Source: Sphingobacteriales bacterium (GTDB lineage: Bacteria > Bacteroidota > Bacteroidia > Chitinophagales > JADIYW01). Taken from it: 64,000 bases of DNA. Both the position numbers and the translations under genes were made by a program. The DNA lies in contig JADJYT010000016.1 of the NCBI GenBank assembly GCA_016719635.1, forward strand, positions 829-64,828, in the 5' to 3' direction. Of the stretch, positions 17,632 through 26,956 are shown one piece after another; the first letter of the stretch is position 1, and every line of letters starts with the position of its first letter. The notes under the pieces are model-generated. The model ran no database searches. It was given only the letters and a program-made list of their open reading frames with translations, and was not told where the DNA came from.

Positions 17632-18228
17632 ATGTTACAGCATTTTAATTCATCAAAAATAATTTGCGGCGTAGATGAGGCGGGAAGAGGATGTATTGCC
17701 GGTCCGGTAGTCGCCGCTGCCGTTATCCTGCCGAAAGATTTCAGACATCCTTTTTTAAATGATTCCAAGCAGTTAAATGAAAGGCAACGCAATGAGTTGA
17801 GGCCCGTTATTGAAGCAAATGCCGTTGCATTTGGTGTGGGAATTATCGACAACACTATCATTGACGATATTAATATCCTGCAGGCTACCTATCGCGCCAT
17901 GCACGCTGCCGTCGGACAACTGACCTATCTTCCTGAATTGCTAATCATCGATGGTAATCGATTTAAACCTTATCCGGGTATTACCCACCAAACCATTATA
18001 AAAGGAGATGGAAAATATATGGAAATCGCAGCAGCTTCCGTTTTAGCCAAAACCTGCCGGGACGAGATCATGGAGAAATTACATATGGAGTATCCGGATT
18101 ATAACTGGCAGAAAAACAAAGGCTATTCAACGGTTGAACACAGGAATGCGGTAAAAGAAAAGGGTAGCTGTATTTATCATCGGCAGACCTTCCGGTTATT
18201 AAAACCTGAGCAACTGAGTTTGTTATAA
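17632..18228 (+). CDS. rnhB: ribonuclease HII
   Basis: It has GVDEAGRGCIAGPVVAAAV and the DSKQL motif. It is 198 aa. Confidence 0.93.
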   Translation: MLQHFNSSKIICGVDEAGRGCIAGPVVAAAVILPKDFRHPFLNDSKQLNERQRNELRPVIEANAVAFGVGIIDNTIIDDINILQATYRAMHAAVGQLTYLPELLIIDGNRFKPYPGITHQTIIKGDGKYMEIAAASVLAKTCRDEIMEKLHMEYPDYNWQKNKGYSTVEHRNAVKEKGSCIYHRQTFRLLKPEQLSLL

Positions 18229-18236
18229 TCAAAAAA

Positions 18237-18271
18237 GCCCGTCAAATGAATGACGGGCCTCTTTATTTTTT
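18237..18271 (+). terminator. rho-independent terminator (probably bidirectional)
   Basis: The hairpin is GCCCGTCA-AATGAA-TGACGGGC followed by CTCTTTATTTTTT. An A-run precedes it, which could serve the convergent minus-strand gene. Confidence 0.7.
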
Positions 18272-18282
18272 GATCCGAGAAA

Positions 18283-19674
18283 TTATGGATGGGCGGGATA
18301 CAAAATATTTGCACCACTTATATAGCTGGAAGTATTTCCATTCCATATGCCATCCCAATCCCCTTTTGAGGGTGATGTGGCTGTTCCATCCCCATTGGTG
18401 TCACCTCCGTAATCATCATCTTCAATAGACGTCAGGATGGCTGTACCATCTATATTTAAGGGTCTGGATGTTTGTGTTTTTAATCCGGCGCTTAAAGAGA
18501 ATTTTACTACTACATTCGGCCCGATATTGAACGTATGATTATTAGCTCCCTGATAATAGCCGTCTATCACATAAGGAACTTCCGTTTCACTGTATGTAGT
18601 AGTGTAGTTTGCTTTTAAACTGGTATATGTCCAAATGGCGTTTCTTGTATTTTTTTCAGACGGATTGAGCGGGTTGCTGAATGAGTTAGATGTGTCGAAA
18701 TTATAGTTCACATCTAAATAAATAGGTCTGTCATTATCATAAAATACATTATTGGTGAAAACAGATACGGTATTGTCAATCATATAAAAACCACCATAAA
18801 ATGCAAACGACTCGGAGTTAGACGTAACAGATTTTGTATGTGCAAATACGCAATGGTCAAAAGTGAACGAAGAACCGGCTACGGTAATTCGCACGGCATT
18901 ATTATATGGATTGTCACTCTGGCCTGCGTAAAGAAAATCACAGTAAGTAAAACTGTGGCTGCTGCCTCCGTTTAAATACACACATACCCAGTCTCCCGCT
19001 GCAGGTGCTGTGGCAGTACCATCACCGTTCGTGTCTCCGCAATGAGCATCATCTTTAATAGAAGTAAACACTATCCTATCCGAAGAAGTACCTTCTGCAA
19101 TCACCCGTCCGGAATTTACATTTAATCGGGCACCCGGTTTGAACTTCACAACGACACCCGGCTGAATAGTCAGCGTGGAGGTTAAAGTTACCCAGCCATC
19201 CAATACATATACATTTCCAGCTGTCCAGGTGGTAGCGGTGGTAATATTAGCACCTGATGGAACATTGACCACCGAACAGGCTGCGGAAGCCGTTGTTTCA
19301 AAGGTAATATCCTCACCATACGCAACACCATTCGCATTTTTAGCATACGCCCTGACATGATAGGTGGTATTTGGGTCGAAGCCTTCGTAATTATCTGTAA
19401 AAGCGCCCAATCCACTCCCCATCTCAAAATGCACATCATTTGCATCATCTATCGTTGGGTTGGATTCGTCACTAAGACAAATGCCTCTTTCTGTAACGGG
19501 GTTACCTCCATCATTTGTTACGTTCCCTCCCAGAGTGGCGGTAGTCTCCGTAACGTTTGTTGGTGTAGCAGTCGTCACCGTAAGCTCTTCTGTCTTCTTA
19601 CAGGCTGTTGTAATGCTGCCGATTAACAACAGTACAAAACTCATCTTTCTGATCATTGCATTCATTGTTTTCAT
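18283..19674 (-). CDS. secreted lipoprotein with beta-helix-like repeats and duplicated DTNGDG motif
   Basis: It has a signal peptide plus lipobox (ITTACKK). The internal duplication is ...FTSIKDDAHCGDTNGDGTATAPAAGDWVCVYLNG and ...LTSIEDDDYGGDTNGDGTATSPSKGDWDGIWNG. Confidence 0.55.
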   Translation of the reverse strand: MKTMNAMIRKMSFVLLLIGSITTACKKTEELTVTTATPTNVTETTATLGGNVTNDGGNPVTERGICLSDESNPTIDDANDVHFEMGSGLGAFTDNYEGFDPNTTYHVRAYAKNANGVAYGEDITFETTASAACSVVNVPSGANITTATTWTAGNVYVLDGWVTLTSTLTIQPGVVVKFKPGARLNVNSGRVIAEGTSSDRIVFTSIKDDAHCGDTNGDGTATAPAAGDWVCVYLNGGSSHSFTYCDFLYAGQSDNPYNNAVRITVAGSSFTFDHCVFAHTKSVTSNSESFAFYGGFYMIDNTVSVFTNNVFYDNDRPIYLDVNYNFDTSNSFSNPLNPSEKNTRNAIWTYTSLKANYTTTYSETEVPYVIDGYYQGANNHTFNIGPNVVVKFSLSAGLKTQTSRPLNIDGTAILTSIEDDDYGGDTNGDGTATSPSKGDWDGIWNGNTSSYISGANILYPAHP

Positions 19675-19921
19675 TTTTAGTTTGAAAATATTATTACTAA
19701 TATACTAATTTACATTTAAAGACTTGCATATCTTTTAATGCGCATTGTCTAAGAGTCGCTAATTTACAAAAAATCTCATTCCTGTTTTACTATCCCGTTT
19801 TGTCAAAACAATACTGCAATTATATTGCCAAGTGTATAATTTTATACTGTTTTGAATGTTCTAAAGACAAAGGACTGAAACATAGTTTATCCGAACAATA
19901 GAAGCTAAGGAAGAAATTTTA

Positions 19922-20509
19922 CTAACTCCAGCGCTCATCCGTTACACATCGGTTTGGGTATTTCCCTAAATGCGTTTTGTCTTTATAGTAATCCATGATT
20001 TCCTGCATATCATGATTGATATTACCGGTTGGATAGATAATCTTGTCAACTATAGCTTCCTTTACATCAAAATCCAGATAACCCAATGCAATGGGCACTT
20101 CTGCCTTCACAGCTATATAATAAAATCCGGTTTTCCACTGTTTACGTTTGCCTCTAGATCCTTCCGGCGTAACCACCATGCAGATTTTCTTTTCTTTCTT
20201 TATGGAGTTCGCCATCGCATCTACCAAACTGATTTTTCGTTTCGTATTTCCATCTTTCGGCGATCTGTCAATTGGAATACACCCCAGATAGCGCAAAACC
20301 CAATTTAATGGCCAGAAAAAGGCTTCTTTTTTAACGGCAATCTTCGCCGGAATCTTTGCAATGACAAATACAGCCTTGCCAATAACCATATCCCAGGCAG
20401 ATGTATGCGGAGCAACAATCAATACGCATTTATCCAGCTTCTTTAATGGATCTACCTGATAGTTCCAGCCTAGTCCGATTAAAATTATTCTTGAAATGAT
20501 TTTGAGCAT
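19922..20509 (-). CDS. PlsC-like 1-acyl-sn-glycerol-3-phosphate acyltransferase family protein
   Basis: It has the HX4D motif (APHTSAWD) and PEGSRGK. It is 195 aa. Confidence 0.72.
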   Translation of the reverse strand: MLKIISRIILIGLGWNYQVDPLKKLDKCVLIVAPHTSAWDMVIGKAVFVIAKIPAKIAVKKEAFFWPLNWVLRYLGCIPIDRSPKDGNTKRKISLVDAMANSIKKEKKICMVVTPEGSRGKRKQWKTGFYYIAVKAEVPIALGYLDFDVKEAIVDKIIYPTGNINHDMQEIMDYYKDKTHLGKYPNRCVTDERWS

Positions 20510-20592
20510 GCTTTACCTTTAATTTATAACCGCTGTGAAGATAGATGATTCTATCCTGTCCTCAATCACCGGACAATACTACCTGTATCTCA

Positions 20593-21168
20593 TTAGATGT
20601 AGCGCTGGTCCAGGCTGAATTTTTCAGGATGGCAGGGCGTAATGTCTTTGTAAAACTCCATCATGGTACGCATATCCGTCTCCAAATCGGTTGGATAGAT
20701 GATTTTACCAATGCCTGCTATCTTATTCTTATAATCCAGATACCCCAGTAAAATAGGTACATTCGCCATCTTGGCGGTATACCAGAATCCTGTCTTCCAT
20801 TCTGTGCGTTTGCTTCGGGTGCCTTCAGGCGTAACCATTACATGCAGTTCCGGATTATCTTTAAACAGATTAGCCATCGCCTCTACCATACTGGGCCTGG
20901 GATCACCCGGTTTCTTAGGTGTCCGGTCTATGGCGATGGCACCCAGATTGAGCATGATGCGTTTAAATGGAAACCGCACCCATTCTTTCTTAACGGTAAA
21001 CCGCAACGGCAAGCCCATCAGGTCAAATGCCGCTTTTGCAATCGGCAAATCCATATTGGCGGTATGTGGAGCCGCTATCGTTATGGACTGTTTGATGCCT
21101 ACTATCGCTTCGGTTTTTAACTTCCATCCCAATAACTTAAAAATCAATCTGAAAATCCAACGTATCAT
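20593..21168 (-). CDS. PlsC-like acyltransferase family protein (tandem paralog)
   Basis: It has the HX4D motif (APHTANMD) and PEGTRSK. It is collinear with the neighbouring 195-aa protein, for example WKTGFYYIA against WKTGFWYTA and LGYLDF against LGYLDY. Confidence 0.72.
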   Translation of the reverse strand: MIRWIFRLIFKLLGWKLKTEAIVGIKQSITIAAPHTANMDLPIAKAAFDLMGLPLRFTVKKEWVRFPFKRIMLNLGAIAIDRTPKKPGDPRPSMVEAMANLFKDNPELHVMVTPEGTRSKRTEWKTGFWYTAKMANVPILLGYLDYKNKIAGIGKIIYPTDLETDMRTMMEFYKDITPCHPEKFSLDQRYI

Positions 21169-21321
21169 CTTGCAGGTTTATACACAAATATCTTCCATTT
21201 TATTCAGATTATAAAATTTAACACTTGAAATATTAAAATCAGAAACAGAAACTTGGAAAATAGAAATTTATTTCTGTAACTTTAAATTAGTTGCTATAAC
21301 AACTGTTTCATAAAAAACAAT

Positions 21322-22551
21322 ATGACTGATTTTATCAAACCTTTTGAAGAGAAAGCGCCGGAAATTGTATTCGAATGGAATGATTCCAAAACAGCCGCCC
21401 AGGGCTGGCTGGTCATCAATTCACTGCGCGGTGGTGCTGCGGGAGGCGGTACACGTATGCGCAAAGGGCTTACGAGGCACGAGGTGATCTCTTTGGCAAA
21501 AACCATGGAAATCAAATTCTCCGTTTCCGGTCCTGCTATCGGCGGTGCAAAATCAGGCATCAATTTCGACCCGAATGACCCGCGTAAGAAAGAAGTTCTT
21601 GAGCGGTGGTTTAAGGCCGTGTCGCCTATTCTCAAAAATTACTACGGCACCGGAGGCGATATGAATATCGACGAAATAGATGAAGTGATTCCGATTACAG
21701 AAGAGTTTGGTATCTGGCATCCGCAGGAAGGAATTGTAAATGGTCATTATCATCCGAAAGAAAAGGACAAGATCAATAAGATTGGACAATTACGCGTGGG
21801 GGTTTCAAAAGTTCTCGAGGATGAAGATTATACTCCTTCAAAAAAAGAAGGATTTGTGGTGGCCGATATGATAACCGGTTATGGCATTGCAGAATCTGTA
21901 AGACACTTCTATGCCATCTGGAGAAATGCATCAATAGCCGGAAAGAAAGTAACGATACAGGGATTTGGAAATGTAGGTGCTGCTGCCGCATATTTTCTGG
22001 CACAACAGGGCGCTAAAGTGGTCGGAATCATTGATACCACAGGGGCTTATATAAATGAAACCGGTTTTACCTTTGAAGAAATCACACTGCTATTTCTCCA
22101 CAGAAAGAACCGTAAGCTGTTTCACGAAGACCTGATTCCTTTTGAGCATGCGCAAAAAGATTTCTGGAAAATCAAATCCAATATCTTTATTCCGGCTGCC
22201 GGCTCGCGCTTAATCGGAAATCATGAATTGAACGAAATGATTAAAGCAGGTGTTGAGGTTATCTCGTCCGGTGCGAATGTGCCGTTCAACGACCCGGAGA
22301 CTTTTTACGGTAAAATTTTAAATAAAGCAGACGAAACGCTGACCGTGATTCCTGATTTCATAGCCAATTGCGGTATGGCAAGGGTATTCGCCTATCTGAT
22401 GGGGAAAAACAGTAAGATTTCCGATGAAGCCATCTTTCATGACGTATCAAAGGTGATTGATAATGCGTTGAAAAAGGTACACCAGAATGACCCTCGTGCT
22501 GTTTACATTACCAGAAATGCGTTGCAAATCGCAATAGAAGAATTAAGTTAA
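21322..22551 (+). CDS. Glu/Leu/Phe/Val dehydrogenase family protein
   Basis: It has GGAAGGGTRMRKG, the catalytic-Lys context GGAKSGINFDP and the Rossmann motif IQGFGNVGAAAAYFL. Confidence 0.8.
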   Translation: MTDFIKPFEEKAPEIVFEWNDSKTAAQGWLVINSLRGGAAGGGTRMRKGLTRHEVISLAKTMEIKFSVSGPAIGGAKSGINFDPNDPRKKEVLERWFKAVSPILKNYYGTGGDMNIDEIDEVIPITEEFGIWHPQEGIVNGHYHPKEKDKINKIGQLRVGVSKVLEDEDYTPSKKEGFVVADMITGYGIAESVRHFYAIWRNASIAGKKVTIQGFGNVGAAAAYFLAQQGAKVVGIIDTTGAYINETGFTFEEITLLFLHRKNRKLFHEDLIPFEHAQKDFWKIKSNIFIPAAGSRLIGNHELNEMIKAGVEVISSGANVPFNDPETFYGKILNKADETLTVIPDFIANCGMARVFAYLMGKNSKISDEAIFHDVSKVIDNALKKVHQNDPRAVYITRNALQIAIEELS

Positions 22552-22649
22552 TGTAACAATGTATCAATTAAACAATGTAATAATGAAAAACAGAGAACAG
22601 GAGGAAACATTGGTAAATTGTTAAATTTTTTCATTACTAAATTTTAATC

Positions 22650-23807
22650 ATGCCCATCTATCACAAACTCGGAAATATCCCGCCCAAACGGCACACCGTC
22701 TTTAAATCGGAAACCGGGCAACACTATTATGAACAACTTTTTGGAACGGAAGGGTTTCACTCGCATTCGTCCCTGCTGTATCATATTCATCGCCCTACAC
22801 AGGTAAAAGAGATCTTAGATTCAAGGGATGTCACACCCAAAATTACGATAGAAAAAAATATCAAATCACTATTGCTGGAAGGATTCAGGTTAACACCGGA
22901 AGATGATTTCTTAGACAGCAGAAAGGCATTATTAGTCAATAGAGATTGTACAATAGGCTTAGCTTCCCCGCGCAAATCGCTCACCTCATATTTTTATAAG
23001 AATGCCGATGCAGACGAGCTAATTTTCATCCACAAAGGCAGCGGAACCTTGCGCACCCTCATGGGAAAAATTCCGTTTGAATACGGCGATTATCTCGTGA
23101 TTCCGCGCGGCATGATTTATCAGATAGATTTCACTTCTGAAGACAACCGCCTGCTGCTGCTAGAGTCCTACGCTCCCATTCATACGCCCAAACGCTATAA
23201 AAGTTCTTCCGGGCAGTTGCTGGAACACTCGCCGTTCTGCGAGCGCGACTTTATGTTGCCGCAGGATTTGGAAACGCACGATGCCAAAGGTGATTTCATC
23301 ATCAAAATAAAAAAAGAAAATGTATTGCACGAATTCCTGTATGCAACACATCCGTTTGATGTGGCAGGCTGGGATGGGTATAATTTCCCTTATGGATTCA
23401 GCATTCACAACTTCGAGCCAATAACGGGCCGCGTACATCAGCCTCCTCCGGTACACCAGACCTTTGAGACGAGTGCGCTGGTGGTTTGTTCTTTTGTACC
23501 GCGTTTGTACGACTATCATCCGCAGGCGATTCCTGCACCGTACAACCACAGCAACATTGACAGCGACGAAGTATTGTACTATGTGGATGGCGATTTCATG
23601 AGCAGAAACAATATTGAACAAGGCCATATCACGCTGCATCCAAAAGGCATACCGCACGGGCCTGCACCCGGCGCCATGGAGCGCAGTATCGGGCAAAAAG
23701 AAACGCAGGAACTGGCGGTGATGATTGATACGTTCCGTCCATTGATGGTGACGGAAGAAGCCATGAAAATCGATAATGGTAAATATTATAAAAGCTGGGT
23801 GGAATAA
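22650..23807 (+). CDS. hmgA: homogentisate 1,2-dioxygenase
   Basis: It is a 385-aa cupin-type protein with the N-terminus MPIYHKLGNIPPKRHTVF and the Bacteroidota-type HGO layout. It sits next to hppD and fahA. Confidence 0.82.
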   Translation: MPIYHKLGNIPPKRHTVFKSETGQHYYEQLFGTEGFHSHSSLLYHIHRPTQVKEILDSRDVTPKITIEKNIKSLLLEGFRLTPEDDFLDSRKALLVNRDCTIGLASPRKSLTSYFYKNADADELIFIHKGSGTLRTLMGKIPFEYGDYLVIPRGMIYQIDFTSEDNRLLLLESYAPIHTPKRYKSSSGQLLEHSPFCERDFMLPQDLETHDAKGDFIIKIKKENVLHEFLYATHPFDVAGWDGYNFPYGFSIHNFEPITGRVHQPPPVHQTFETSALVVCSFVPRLYDYHPQAIPAPYNHSNIDSDEVLYYVDGDFMSRNNIEQGHITLHPKGIPHGPAPGAMERSIGQKETQELAVMIDTFRPLMVTEEAMKIDNGKYYKSWVE

Positions 23808-23816
23808 TGCCGCTCT

Positions 23817-23880
23817 GTCATTCCCGCTTGCGCGGGAATCTCATAATCATCGAATGAGATTCCCTTTTTCAAGGGAATGA
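23817..23880. repeat. GTCATT-hairpin element, two-armed copy (hmgA|hppD spacer)
   Basis: The left arm is GTCATTCCCGCTTGCGCGGGAATCTCAT. The reverse complement of the right arm is TCATTCCCTTGAAAAAGGGAATCTCAT. Each arm is itself a hairpin. Confidence 0.85.
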
Positions 23881-23938
23881 ATTGGAGATCTAAGCATTAA
23901 AGCCTTGTGCTCTTTCTGGTTATAAAAAATTAAAGTAT

Positions 23939-25099
23939 ATGTCAACAGAAATAAAAAACGTAGAATACGGACTCGAAAAAATCTTCGAAGGGGCACAAGA
24001 TTTTCTGCCATTACTCGGGACAGATTATGTCGAGTTATATGTAGGCAACGCTAAACAGGCCGCCCATTACTACAAGACTGCTTTCGGTTTTCAGTCGCTC
24101 GCGTATGCTGGTTTGGAAACGGGTATCCGTGACAAAGCATCCTATGTGTTGAAACAGGATAAGATACAACTGGTGCTCACCACACCATTAACATCGGACT
24201 CGCCCATCAACATACATTTAGCCAAACACGGCGACGGCGTAAAAGTGATTGCATTGTGGGTGGAAGACGCAACTCAGGCATTTAAAGAGACTACAAAGCG
24301 TGGTGCAAAACCGTTCATGCAGCCAAGCGTAGAAAAGGACGAACACGGGGAAGTCATCCGTTCCGGTATCTATACCTACGGTGAGACCGTCCATATTTTT
24401 GTGGAACGCAAAAATTACAACGGCACTTTCTTACCCGGCTATCAGCCCTGGAAATCGGATTACAATCCAACATCCGTTGGTTTAAAATTTATCGACCACA
24501 TGGTGGGTAATGTGGGCTGGGGCGAAATGAACCAATGGGTGAAATGGTATGAAGACGTCTTGGGATTCGTCAACTTTCTATCGTTCGACGACAAGCAAAT
24601 CCATACAGAATATTCCGCACTGATGAGCAAGGTGATGAGCAATGGCAATGGCCGTATCAAATTCCCCATTAACGAACCGGCGGAAGGCAAGAAAAGGTCA
24701 CAGATCGAAGAATACCTGGATTTCTATGAAGGTCCGGGTGTTCAGCACATCGCTGTTGCCACGGATGACATCATTTCGACGGTCACCCAGTTGCGCGAAC
24801 GCGGTGTGGAATTCCTGAGCGCTCCGCCGCATGCATATTATGAAGCAGTACCGGCTCGTTTAAGCGAACATGTTTCCATGATGAAAGAAGATATCAATGT
24901 ACTGGAACAACTGGCGATTTTAGTAGACGCAGATGAAGAGGGGTATCTGCTGCAGATCTTTACCAAACCGGTGGAAGACAGGCCGACCTTATTCTTTGAA
25001 ATCATACAGCGCATGGGTGCGAAGGGTTTTGGTGCAGGTAATTTCAAGGCATTGTTTGAATCCATTGAAAGAGAACAGGAAAAGCGTGGAACTCTTTAA
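23939..25099 (+). CDS. hppD: 4-hydroxyphenylpyruvate dioxygenase
   Basis: It has GVQHIAVATDDI and the C-terminal FFEIIQRMGAKGFGAGNFKALFESIEREQEKRG. Confidence 0.93.
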   Translation: MSTEIKNVEYGLEKIFEGAQDFLPLLGTDYVELYVGNAKQAAHYYKTAFGFQSLAYAGLETGIRDKASYVLKQDKIQLVLTTPLTSDSPINIHLAKHGDGVKVIALWVEDATQAFKETTKRGAKPFMQPSVEKDEHGEVIRSGIYTYGETVHIFVERKNYNGTFLPGYQPWKSDYNPTSVGLKFIDHMVGNVGWGEMNQWVKWYEDVLGFVNFLSFDDKQIHTEYSALMSKVMSNGNGRIKFPINEPAEGKKRSQIEEYLDFYEGPGVQHIAVATDDIISTVTQLRERGVEFLSAPPHAYYEAVPARLSEHVSMMKEDINVLEQLAILVDADEEGYLLQIFTKPVEDRPTLFFEIIQRMGAKGFGAGNFKALFESIEREQEKRGTL

Positions 25100-25200
25100 A
25101 TATACAATAAATAAATGAATCCATTAAATAATTATTCCTTGGAAAGATTTGTTTCATACATTATCTCATTGCCTTATTGCTCAATCATTACATTATAAAA

Positions 25201-25638
25201 ATGAATTTAAACTACGGCTTCATACTGGAATCCACGGCAAAGAAAATAAAACTTGCGCTGCAAAGAAAGTTCATCGAACATGAAATGGATATCACCGTTG
25301 ACCAGTGGGTGGTTCTGCTGGAATTGCATAAACATGGAACCCAGAATCAGGTAACATTGTGTGAACGCTGCTGTAAAGATGCCCCCACCATCACACGTAT
25401 CATCGAATTACTGGTAAAGAAAGAGTTGGTGGCACGGGAAAGCTGTAAGGAAGACAGAAGAAAATTCAACATTTCCCTCAGCAAGAAAGGAAAGGCACTG
25501 GTACAGAGAATCTTACCGGTTATTATCGAATTCCGCAAAAAGGGTTGGGATTGTTTAACAGAGAAGGATGTCCAGCATTTAGAAAGAATTACTAAAAAAA
25601 TACAGGATAATTTAACCGTACAAATCTCTGAAAACTGA
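25201..25638 (+). CDS. MarR family transcriptional regulator
   Basis: It has the winged-helix MarR layout (ITVDQWVVLLELHKHG ... DRRKFNISLSKKG). The track start at 25177 is a TTG, and the first ATG is at 25201. Confidence 0.8.
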   Translation: MNLNYGFILESTAKKIKLALQRKFIEHEMDITVDQWVVLLELHKHGTQNQVTLCERCCKDAPTITRIIELLVKKELVARESCKEDRRKFNISLSKKGKALVQRILPVIIEFRKKGWDCLTEKDVQHLERITKKIQDNLTVQISEN

Positions 25639-25639
25639 A

Positions 25640-26866
25640 ATGAACGCTATGACATTACTGGAATCTATACAAACTCATCCACATTTTACCTTCCACAACC
25701 TACCGTATGGTATTTATTCGACTTCGGTAAAATCAAAAAGAACGGGTGTTGCGATAGGCGATTACATCCTGGATGTATCCGCCTTGTTCGAATTGAACTT
25801 TTTTCAGAATAGTTTGGCTGAAGATATTTTCCAAAAACAACAACTCAATGATTTTATAGCATTAGGAAGAACAACCCACCTGGCTGTACGCAAAAGAATA
25901 CAGGATGTATTCATGAACAATACTGCATTCGTCGAAGAGCACCAGGCCAAGATACTGGACAAACAAAGCGATGCCACCATGTATGTTCCTGTAAAAGTGG
26001 GAGATTACACCGATTTCTATTCTTCGGAAGAGCACGCCTCCAATGTGGGTAAAATGTTCCGCCCAACCATGGAACCGCTGCTGCCCAACTGGAAACACAT
26101 GCCGATTGCCTATCATGGAAGGAGTTCCTCCATCATCACGACAAATACGCCGGTCAAAAGGCCATACGGACAGGTATTGAGAGGAGAGGAAGTGATTTAT
26201 TCACCCTGTCAGACGCTGGATATTGAGATTGAACTTGGATTTATTATTGGGAAAGAGAATCCGCTCGGGACACCAATAAATAGTAATGAAGCGGATGATT
26301 ACATCTTTGGTGCCGTGCTGCTGAACGATTTCTCCGCGCGCGATATCCAACGCTGGGAATATCAGCCGCTCGGCCCGTTCCTTGGTAAAAACTTTGCCAC
26401 GTCCATATCACCCTGGGTGGTTACTTTTGAAGCGCTGAAAGAATTTATGACGGATGCGCCGGAACAGACACAACGGGTATTGCCTTACCTGCAACAATCT
26501 TCCCGAAAGAATTTCGATATCGAAATTCACTTTGAAATCGAAACCCAAAAAAACAAGGCCACTGTCGCCGTCACAAACTCAAAATATTTATACTGGACAG
26601 CTGAGCAGCAAATCGCACACCATACGGTAAACGGCTGCAACCTGCGCATCGGCGATTTATTGGGGACTGGAACCATTTCCGGAACAGACAGGAACAGCTT
26701 TGGAAGTTTATTGGAATTAACGTGGAACGGCAAGGAAAAAATAAAGATTGGGGATGAAGAGAGAACTTTCCTGCAAGATGGCGATACGACAATACTAAGT
26801 GGCATTTGCAGAAAAGGTGATATACAAATCGGTTTTGGTGAAGTGAGAAATAAAATATTACCTTAA
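25640..26866 (+). CDS. fahA: fumarylacetoacetase
   Basis: It has HNLPYGIY and GDYTDFYSSEEHASNVGKMFR, and is 408 aa. It starts 1 nt after the marR stop. Confidence 0.87.
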   Translation: MNAMTLLESIQTHPHFTFHNLPYGIYSTSVKSKRTGVAIGDYILDVSALFELNFFQNSLAEDIFQKQQLNDFIALGRTTHLAVRKRIQDVFMNNTAFVEEHQAKILDKQSDATMYVPVKVGDYTDFYSSEEHASNVGKMFRPTMEPLLPNWKHMPIAYHGRSSSIITTNTPVKRPYGQVLRGEEVIYSPCQTLDIEIELGFIIGKENPLGTPINSNEADDYIFGAVLLNDFSARDIQRWEYQPLGPFLGKNFATSISPWVVTFEALKEFMTDAPEQTQRVLPYLQQSSRKNFDIEIHFEIETQKNKATVAVTNSKYLYWTAEQQIAHHTVNGCNLRIGDLLGTGTISGTDRNSFGSLLELTWNGKEKIKIGDEERTFLQDGDTTILSGICRKGDIQIGFGEVRNKILP

Positions 26867-26935
26867 GTCATTTCGAGCAAGTCGAGAAATCTTACAATAA
26901 AAACAAGACAGGATTTCTCCTGTTGTCTAAATGAC
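26867..26935. repeat. GTCATT-hairpin element, two-armed copy (fahA|phhA spacer)
   Basis: The left arm is GTCATTTCGAGCAAGTCGAGAAATCT. The reverse complement of the right arm is GTCATTTAGACAACAGGAGAAATCC. It begins on the nucleotide directly after the fahA stop. Confidence 0.8.
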
Positions 26936-26956
26936 AGTACAAAAAAATAAAAATCA

